Below are positions 63,401-64,000 of a stretch of 64,000 nt of DNA, in pieces (the stretch's first letter is position 1; each line of letters starts with the position of its first letter). The DNA lies in NCBI GenBank assembly GCA_976226885.1, contig OZ320316.1:109306001-109370000 (forward strand), written 5' to 3'. A program made the translations under genes and the position numbers. The DNA comes from Iphione sp. A-MEVVRFRX5. Lineage: Eukaryota. Below the pieces are notes generated by a model that did no database searches, was not told where the DNA came from, and saw nothing but the letters and a program-made list of their open reading frames with translations.

Positions 63401-63855
63401 ACTGGCCCCCGGCGGACGACAAGTACAGACCTCCCTTCAACATACGTATTCAAATCACATGTAAGTCTATGTACACCTCTCTTTACCTAAAGGCCTGGTA
63501 CAGTTACTGGCCAAACTATTATTTAATCTAGGTCAGTTTATCTCTCTGTGTAGATAATGAATAGTTTCTTGTTTTAGTGTGTTGAAAATAAATGGAAATG
63601 CCTAGGTACTTTCACAAAATATAAGCACTATTGGTCTATGATCTCCTCAATTTGGGAAAAGTCATGAAGGTCATGAAAGACGCTTTTTTGGCGCGCTCCT
63701 AACGACTTTGGGACAGGTGACATATCCTTACTTTACATGTTTTAGCTGCAGCCATTCCAGATGGAGAAAGCATCAACCTGCGCTATGTCCCTGGTACAAA
63801 CGTGACCTCTGGCATCCCGACTACTTTTATGACAGGCTCTCTCCAACTGACAGAG
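309..63855 (+). CDS. Partial giant multi-exon gene (56 exons, ~3,380 aa in window, 5' and 3' ends outside window) encoding an extracellular protein of ~24 tandem CARDB-like, Cys-stapled beta-sandwich modules
   Basis: Manual splicing: 55 GT-AG introns, all phase-compatible, no in-frame stop over 10,142 nt. Recurrent CARDB (PF07705)-like motifs, e.g. FCGEQYLHLVVDAADEIFESTEANN, LCGQDNLTLTVVLDPNDDVTETDESNND, YLSSDPVLDVSSD. Many NxS/T sequons. Domain name is from motif recognition, not an HMM search. Confidence 0.88.
574..910. mobile_element. PIF/Harbinger-type MITE, family A
   Basis: ~28-bp TIR GGCAAAAAATAGGTGTGTTTCTGGTAAC; 3-bp TSD TTA (571-573 / 911-913); related copies at ~10328-10590, 11176-11502, ~15827-16144, ~36434-36707. 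Confidence 0.8.
2039..2225 (+). CDS. Exon 2 (module 1)
   Basis: cgtaAG|..|GTgagt; phase 0->1; VTILPPHF...KYCGAIYIGVMVDGATPRDAAP. Confidence 0.88.
2800..2874 (+). CDS. Exon 3 (end module 1)
   Basis: ttgcAG|..|GTacgt; phase 1->1; YHGEVSEPDEWNNFMVTPITVICSG. Confidence 0.85.
2857..3440. repeat. ~43-45-nt minisatellite spanning the exon 3 donor
   Basis: ctgtcata..cagtggagGTa..tagaatgagtaatattcatg, ~13 copies. Confidence 0.85.
6370..6558 (+). CDS. Exon 4 (module 2)
   Basis: ttacAG|..|GTgagt; phase 1->1; DFLALTDFSYSL...FDLRLYINNSNTIEM. Confidence 0.88.
6665..6841. mobile_element. Tc1/mariner-type MITE
   Basis: CAGTGGAGTCTCTA...TAGAGACTCCACTG TIR, TA on the left; similar CAGTGG-ended elements at 29443-29621 and near 17113 and 20680. 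Confidence 0.62.
6938..7261. mobile_element. PIF/Harbinger-type MITE, family B (same TIR core, different body)
   Basis: GGCC...TTTCCGGTAAC / GTTACCGGAAAC...GGCC; TSD TAA/TAA; relatives at ~18341-18648, ~28587-28880, ~39540-39742, ~58233-58528. Confidence 0.78.
7381..7656 (+). CDS. Exon 5 (end module 2)
   Basis: tatcAG|..|GTaagc; phase 1->1; DAAPMLVDIL...QEVVVANNYRAAPVKAQAKQVGR. Confidence 0.88.
8003..8059 (+). CDS. Exon 6 (module 3)
   Basis: tttcAG|..|GTaaga; phase 1->1; ATSANWDTVTDFPDRLVIN. Confidence 0.72.
9103..9184 (+). CDS. Exon 7 (module 3)
   Basis: cttcAG|..|GTaagc; phase 1->2; DTLEEDTFTASFTQGSAFEDIFWSIDN. Confidence 0.8.
9411..9640 (+). CDS. Exon 8 (end module 3)
   Basis: ccgcAG|..|GTggaa (weak donor); phase 2->1; LDSSDVV...KYCGAVYGILKLQ...IVLECDST. 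Confidence 0.85.
9787..10091. repeat. Interstitial TTAGGG-variant (telomere-like) array
   Basis: GTGTTAGGGTTAGG(A/G)TTAGG(C/T)TAGGGCAT units. Confidence 0.9.
10328..10590. mobile_element. MITE family A, truncated
   Basis: left TIR and body colinear with 574-910. Confidence 0.7.
11176..11502. mobile_element. MITE family A, opposite orientation to the 574 copy
   Basis: GGCC termini, TSD TAG/TAG, internal sequence is the reverse complement of 574-910. Confidence 0.8.
11909..12027 (+). CDS. Exon 9 (module 4)
   Basis: tgtcAG|..|GTaggt; phase 1->0; DTISLSDLQVDNPP...TCTKAACDAS. Confidence 0.85.
12515..12581 (+). CDS. Exon 10 (module 4)
   Basis: gattAG|..|GTaaga; phase 0->1; VTINVVAKLTNEAATQTFSETL; bridges the phases of exons 9 and 11. 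Confidence 0.72.
12645..12890. repeat. 33-nt minisatellite
   Basis: cagactgacagagcactgtcaatcagatctgac, ~7 copies. Confidence 0.85.
13127..13303 (+). CDS. Exon 11 (end module 4)
   Basis: ttgtAG|..|GTaagc; phase 1->1; DFSSVRRR...SCAGAESLTVTITD...DNNELDVALPAFQCDHT. Confidence 0.85.
13283..13780. repeat. 67-nt tandem array spanning the exon 11 donor
   Basis: GTAAGC at 13304, 13371, 13438, 13505, 13572, 13639, 13706, 13773. Confidence 0.92.
13975..14300. repeat. ~19/58-nt minisatellite
   Basis: ctgtgagaactgaccataa / ctgtgacagctaaccatga. Confidence 0.85.
14348..14623 (+). CDS. Exon 12 (module 5)
   Basis: ctccAG|..|GTaagt; phase 1->1; EKINIEATSL...YISADETIDQNDYK...LTLSDD. Confidence 0.9.
15527..15754 (+). 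CDS. Exon 13 (end module 5)
   Basis: gtttAG|..|GTgagt; phase 1->1; VGFTLPSAGLERFCASGKMVYVCVRLD...ETKEYDNDVC...ITCDDVVIATEQK. Confidence 0.88.
15827..16144. mobile_element. MITE family A
   Basis: TIR-like ends (gtgtttctagttac / gtaaccaaaaacacaccta...ggcc); body matches the 11176 copy. Confidence 0.72.
16540..16776 (-). mobile_element. tRNA-derived SINE, 5'-truncated
   Basis: colinear with 28037-28327; degenerate B box only. Confidence 0.7.
16880..16980 (+). CDS. Exon 14 (module 6)
   Basis: ttacAG|..|GTacgt; phase 1->0; LDVLILGDVVIRAG...YAMELEFD. Confidence 0.82.
18341..18648. mobile_element. MITE family B, reverse orientation, inserted inside a splice-site repeat array
   Basis: TIRs gtgtttctggtaac / ttaccggaaacac; body is the reverse complement of the 6938 copy. 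Confidence 0.72.
18765..18951 (+). CDS. Exon 15 (module 6)
   Basis: ctccAG|..|GTacag; phase 0->1; LGVRNLHSEQL...GIDAGQTLRYTVT. Confidence 0.85.
19200..20225. repeat. ~140-160-nt degenerate tandem array spanning the exon 16 acceptor
   Basis: cttcttcAGtctccgtgg...gacct copies separated by (CA)n-rich segments. Confidence 0.85.
20189..20341 (+). CDS. Exon 16 (end module 6)
   Basis: ctccAG|..|GTgagt; phase 1->1; VSVAAGDLSSLCTEYEPAG...LLTLACLPS. Confidence 0.85.
20988..21272 (+). CDS. Exon 17 (module 7)
   Basis: ctccAG|..|GTaacg; phase 1->1; AAPELHSSLQAD...VVNHG...PISPGRSHRMKGT. Confidence 0.88.
22070..23400. repeat. ~65-nt minisatellite array
   Basis: cccattgtcagtcctgaggacatcaaacagtacactagtaacaacaataccagtaaactgagaga with degenerate flanks. 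Confidence 0.88.
23580..23717 (+). CDS. Exon 18 (end module 7)
   Basis: tttcAG|..|GTaagt; phase 1->1; VQLTLSSAECTAM...SDNFMSKFT; the split codon T|GT gives the terminal Cys. Confidence 0.82.
24488..24868 (+). CDS. Exon 19 (entire module 8)
   Basis: atacAG|..|GTaagt; phase 1->1; AQPASYTDLSV...WFSNDGQLGASD...FCQMSSVYLLANV...TFSCPG. Confidence 0.9.
24850..25260. repeat. ~65-78-nt array spanning the exon 19 donor
   Basis: ggga|GTAAGTt copies at 24869, 24947, 25022, 25087; variants at 25161 and 25236. Confidence 0.82.
26223..26380 (+). CDS. Exon 20 (module 9)
   Basis: atgcAG|..|GTacgc; phase 1->0; NIFQMVEVVDL...VRNVGG...SNFHFQ. Confidence 0.88.
26687..26862 (+). CDS. Exon 21 (module 9)
   Basis: tgtcAG|..|GTaagg; phase 0->2; LEHTYDGSTW...LPAGGST...ALCTDLSSNNG. 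Confidence 0.85.
27351..27454 (+). CDS. Exon 22 (end module 9)
   Basis: gcacAG|..|GTaagt; phase 2->1; RVRVRLYQG...DDYIVKQLTCTT. Confidence 0.85.
27812..27882 (+). CDS. Exon 23 (module 10)
   Basis: ttgtAG|..|GTagga; phase 1->0; DFVDLSVTQIVLGSASTVTTLQVQ. Confidence 0.78.
28037..28327 (-). mobile_element. tRNA-derived SINE (most complete copy)
   Basis: reverse complement: A box TAGCTCAGTGG, B box GGTTCAATCC, body shared with the 44234 and 16540 copies. Confidence 0.8.
29087..29233 (+). CDS. Exon 24 (module 10)
   Basis: ttgcAG|..|GTatgt; phase 0->0; SVRTGASGTIGYTLEVYMSRDESLEEARD...NFNLQ. Confidence 0.87.
29672..29807 (+). CDS. Exon 25 (end module 10)
   Basis: ttacAG|..|GTacat; phase 0->1; VDSDEIYNYCGNMYYIAKV...DPDPDNNVMAVAYQIDCQLA. 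Confidence 0.88.
30489..30640 (+). CDS. Exon 26 (module 11)
   Basis: tttcAG|..|GTgagt; phase 1->0; DIYEIKDGDI...AELNN...NLMWK. Confidence 0.88.
32290..32569 (+). CDS. Exon 27 (end module 11)
   Basis: ctccAG|..|GTgagc; phase 0->1; LYGKVGAGY...ALCAMGVDHLFLGAEL...LHNNYYSVPFSCLQT. Confidence 0.9.
33327..33455 (+). CDS. Exon 28 (module 12)
   Basis: ttgcAG|..|GTaagg; phase 1->1; ASTVDLHVR...LGEPQPFTLEVYANIS; acceptor pyrimidine tract is weak. Confidence 0.72.
33474..33946 (-). mobile_element. Solo LTR (Ty3/Gypsy-like by 4-bp TSD), antisense to the gene
   Basis: TGTAACA...TGTTACA inverted termini; TSD TCTT/TCTT; on the minus strand TATATAAG (~33590) lies upstream of AATAAA (~33520). Confidence 0.75.
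34206..35534. mobile_element. 1.3-kb non-autonomous DNA transposon (TA TSD; Tc1/mariner-pogo type)
   Basis: ~24-bp TIR GGGG(G/A)A(G/A)GGTGGGTAATTTGGACC, TA on both sides; perfect internal 20-bp inverted pair 34406-34425 / 35130-35149; no transposase ORF. Confidence 0.72.
35844..36017 (+). CDS. Exon 29 (module 12)
   Basis: ctccAG|..|GTtagt; phase 1->1; GTVADVWPSV...GYEFILSS...SIHFDL. Confidence 0.85.
36072..36289. mobile_element. CAGGCC-terminated MITE with 5-bp TSD (hAT5-like)
   Basis: CAGGCCCGTAGCCA...ACTGGCCTG; TSD GGTCA/GGTCA. Confidence 0.7.
36434..36707. mobile_element. MITE family A, truncated
   Basis: body and right TIR match the 11176 copy. Confidence 0.68.
36769..36945 (+). CDS. 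Exon 30 (end module 12)
   Basis: cgacAG|..|GTaaat; phase 1->1; HLCGQDNLTLTVVLDPNDDVTETDESNNDAAL...DLCD (canonical CARDB C-terminal motif). Confidence 0.9.
37252..37551 (+). CDS. Exon 31 (module 13)
   Basis: cctcAG|..|GTaaac; phase 1->1; ADRPVSDWGV...SELYIDT. Confidence 0.88.
38253..38435 (+). CDS. Exon 32 (end module 13)
   Basis: ttgcAG|..|GTgagt; phase 1->1; VEISKK...LCGRFCYLGLVINPD...IRLDCPSLK. Confidence 0.85.
38520..39135. repeat. 4-copy tandem duplication spanning the exon 33 acceptor
   Basis: catgtttatcattccatcAG|gtgtcgg; exon-like starts at 38547, 38708, 38855, 39032. Confidence 0.9.
39032..39322 (+). CDS. Exon 33 (module 14)
   Basis: catcAG|..|GTaagt; phase 1->1; GVGFVKITAAP...LINKG...NAFCAPLG. 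Confidence 0.87.
40130..40243 (+). CDS. Exon 34 (end module 14)
   Basis: ttgcAG|..|GTgagg; phase 1->1; SATLLCITI...DEPEDNYMCFS...RFDCPR. Confidence 0.85.
40779..41222 (+). CDS. Exon 35 (entire module 15)
   Basis: ttgcAG|..|GTacgt; phase 1->1; DISLSNLAL...EACSAGSEMFICAHY...DENNVNDCVC...VKCEE. Confidence 0.9.
41809..41987 (+). CDS. Exon 36 (module 16)
   Basis: ttacAG|..|GTtagt; phase 1->0; NIDIEAVFF...FYLSADDQLNIDDVH. Confidence 0.88.
42427..42598 (+). CDS. Exon 37 (module 16)
   Basis: ttgcAG|..|GTgaga; phase 0->1; LPYLWFDYG...ELCGTSYIIYEADS. Confidence 0.85.
43010..43335. repeat. 36-nt minisatellite
   Basis: ggaccactgtgcagtggtcttactattggaatgata, ~9 copies. Confidence 0.88.
43525..43596 (+). 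CDS. Exon 38 (end module 16)
   Basis: ttctAG|..|GTaggt; phase 1->1; GHDFQEKLETNNVFAAPVIVQCDG. Confidence 0.85.
43886..44184 (+). CDS. Exon 39 (module 17)
   Basis: cttcAG|..|GTcagt; phase 1->0; TLPLIMQSRDVLEL...VINVG...HTFRDIR. Confidence 0.85.
44234..44532 (+). mobile_element. tRNA-derived SINE
   Basis: TAGCTCAGTTGG A box, GGTTCAATCC B box, body ending tagatggtagtatgctacccc. Confidence 0.8.
44653..44693 (-). ncRNA. Minimal type I hammerhead ribozyme motif (Penelope-like element type)
   Basis: minus strand uuccu-CUGAAGA-a-guc(aaccuacaa)gac-GAAA-C-GUU-gggag: core, 3-bp stem II, palindromic ACGU stem III, 5-bp stem I. Confidence 0.55.
44879..45026 (+). CDS. Exon 40 (end module 17)
   Basis: atatAG|..|GTaagt; phase 0->1; ATIRGAALSKATCKDLAFVQLCLQ...ENHC...KNCETP. 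Confidence 0.83.
45110..45775. repeat. ~36-nt degenerate minisatellite abutting the exon 41 acceptor
   Basis: atatttacccatcaggttcagtctagtctgaggtgt. Confidence 0.82.
45788..46000 (+). CDS. Exon 41 (module 18)
   Basis: ttgcAG|..|GTaacg; phase 1->1; YHRDLVPLDF...GLYLTHTPEF...FNEA. Confidence 0.87.
46512..46700 (+). CDS. Exon 42 (end module 18)
   Basis: ccacAG|..|GTagga; phase 1->1; FCGEQYLHLVVDAADEIFESTEANNRLTKRVIVKCAG (canonical CARDB motif). Confidence 0.9.
46882..47111. mobile_element. CAGGCC-terminated MITE with 5-bp TSD (hAT5-like)
   Basis: TIR CAGGCCCGTAGCCA / TGGCTACGGGCCTG; TSD GATCT/GATCT; fragments of the same family near 14951-15030 and 25910-26145. Confidence 0.75.
47760..48390. 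mobile_element. PIF/Harbinger-type non-autonomous element, family C
   Basis: TIR GGCCCGGTTTCCAT / ATGGAAACCAGGCC; TSD TTA/TTA. Confidence 0.75.
48509..48776 (+). CDS. Exon 43 (module 19)
   Basis: tactAG|..|GTatct; phase 1->2; DLWSLGIFSF...SVCCVKDDC...AEGFC. Confidence 0.85.
48930..49310. repeat. ~47-nt minisatellite
   Basis: taccattagataatccctc...tctactccctcatgagaggataa. Confidence 0.8.
49347..49504 (+). CDS. Exon 44 (end module 19)
   Basis: gtacAG|..|GTgtgt; phase 2->1; NFTFMG...GACLSDAINLHLAV...LDNNEKVIPFPCSP. Confidence 0.87.
49839..49990 (+). CDS. Exon 45 (module 20)
   Basis: ttgaAG|..|GTaagg; phase 1->0; GRRTQPELRDL...NFRLSFE. Confidence 0.8.
50370..51100. repeat. ~100-nt degenerate tandem array
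   Basis: cattctcatcagcc..ctgtggt...ttttggctggtag..tgtgttatgtgtggcacccatg. Confidence 0.7.
51140..51341 (+). CDS. Exon 46 (module 20)
   Basis: cttcAG|..|GTaagc; phase 0->1; LVGPP...YALFLSMDADLDPSDVKL...TDFTN. Confidence 0.88.
51570..51890. repeat. ~95-nt degenerate tandem array
   Basis: catgactagggacacc...ctttatagctgtacctccatg. Confidence 0.7.
52291..52422 (+). CDS. Exon 47 (end module 20)
   Basis: ccgcAG|..|GTaagc; phase 1->1; GFTAQLGYCGSFILIFYVED...EVATTNNMAALPVYVACLN. Confidence 0.87.
54459..54677 (+). CDS. Exon 48 (module 21)
   Basis: ctccAG|..|GTatga; phase 1->1; DVFALSQL...LTNVG...AYLSSDPVLDVSSDRFLG. Confidence 0.9.
54820..55170. repeat. Low-complexity AGTATACA/AGTAGCAA repeat
   Basis: caaagtatacaagtatcaaagtacacaagtg units. 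Confidence 0.75.
55387..55596 (+). CDS. Exon 49 (end module 21)
   Basis: cttcAG|..|GTaagt; phase 1->1; GLMEALTEGLDPGET...ENCSVARFLLLKV...SESSNNFKAMPLVTRCD. Confidence 0.88.
55575..57730. repeat. 196/197-bp tandem array (11 units) spanning the exon 49 donor
   Basis: GT(A/G)AGT at 55597, 55793, 55981, 56177, 56374, 56570, 56767, 56963, 57160, 57356, 57552. Confidence 0.93.
58233..58528. mobile_element. MITE family B-like
   Basis: ggc..gtgtttctggtaatg left end; acctaccgaccgacc motif; degenerate right end. Confidence 0.55.
58558..58644 (+). CDS. Exon 50 (module 22)
   Basis: ttgcAG|..|GTaagt; phase 1->1; GDVDIEITSFDG...DFNIRP. Confidence 0.8.
58765..59005. repeat. 24-nt minisatellite
   Basis: gtcagctgtcaaactagactaatt. 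Confidence 0.85.
59714..59986 (+). CDS. Exon 51 (end module 22)
   Basis: ttctAG|..|GTgcgt; phase 1->1; ESFTYRMWISHDAQLDPDLD...YCHNAFIIAQVD...ERNKGNN...KSCDT. Confidence 0.9.
60416..60582 (+). CDS. Exon 52 (module 23)
   Basis: ctctAG|..|GTaagt; phase 1->0; DIMWFTIEAP...ECYRPDPSQC...SFVLQ. Confidence 0.87.
61088..61196 (+). CDS. Exon 53 (module 23)
   Basis: ttgcAG|..|GTaacc; phase 0->1; LYDGDLIPVADL...GNRLDQ. Confidence 0.83.
61700..62195. repeat. Degenerate A-rich ~21-nt repeat abutting the exon 54 acceptor
   Basis: aatgaaa(c/a)actgctaccagt-like units. Confidence 0.7.
62216..62401 (+). CDS. Exon 54 (end module 23)
   Basis: ttgcAG|..|GTgagt; phase 1->1; GPLLVEISG...TQCEDIRYMEVKL...FTVICDE. 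Confidence 0.87.
63290..63460 (+). CDS. Exon 55 (module 24)
   Basis: tcacAG|..|GTaagt; phase 1->1; RSIDLAVTSF...PPFNIRIQIT. Confidence 0.87.
63746..63855 (+). CDS. Exon 56 (module 24, gene continues past window)
   Basis: ttttAG|..|GTaggt; phase 1->0; SAAIPDGESINL...GSLQLTE. Confidence 0.8.
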
Positions 63856-64000
63856 GTAGGTACACTCCTAATGCGTCTTTATTACTTTAAAAATTGAAAA
63901 TAAAAACAAATGCATGTCAAGTAAGTATACCCATAGTAAAAAGTCTAAGCGCTGTTTTTGTCATCTCAAACTCTGACAGCCGAGTATAAACAAAAGTCCG

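Noticed and set aside
309-63855. Assigning a known gene symbol (FRAS1/FREM, PKHD1L1, hyalin, cadherin, reelin)
   Set aside because: None of their diagnostic repeat motifs are present.
1-64000. Prokaryotic operon, defence island or prophage
   Set aside because: No long ORFs. The coding signal is split by GT-AG introns, and SINEs and MITEs indicate an animal genome.

Overview
This is eukaryotic (invertebrate metazoan-type) genomic DNA, not prokaryotic. It has AT-rich introns full of MITEs, SINEs and minisatellites, and GC-richer exons with canonical GT-AG sites. The whole window lies inside ONE + strand gene that is open at both ends. I traced 56 exons by hand (309-63855). All 55 introns are GT-AG and phase-compatible, giving 10,142 nt of uninterrupted ORF (~3,380 aa). 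The product is a string of ~24 highly diverged ~140-aa CARDB-like beta-sandwich modules. Their motifs are D-L-x-V...N-x-G...YLSxDxxLDxxD...C-G-xx-Y-L-x-V-x-V-D...E-xx-E-x-NN...V-x-C, with many N-glycosylation sequons. All 23 module boundaries are phase-1 introns. 22 of the 23 complete modules keep a Cys pair, and one module has lost both Cys. I do not recognise it as a named gene. A second striking feature is that about a dozen splice junctions are embedded in tandem duplications. These copy the donor or acceptor site, with exon flank, 2-13 times into the intron and create arrays of decoy splice sites. Introns also contain a minimal hammerhead-ribozyme motif (Penelope-type), an antisense solo LTR 18 nt from a donor, PIF/Harbinger-, Tc1/pogo- and 5-bp-TSD (hAT5-like) MITEs, tRNA-derived SINEs and a TTAGGG-variant array. 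All coordinates were read manually. No database search or RNA evidence was available, and the exact taxon cannot be determined.
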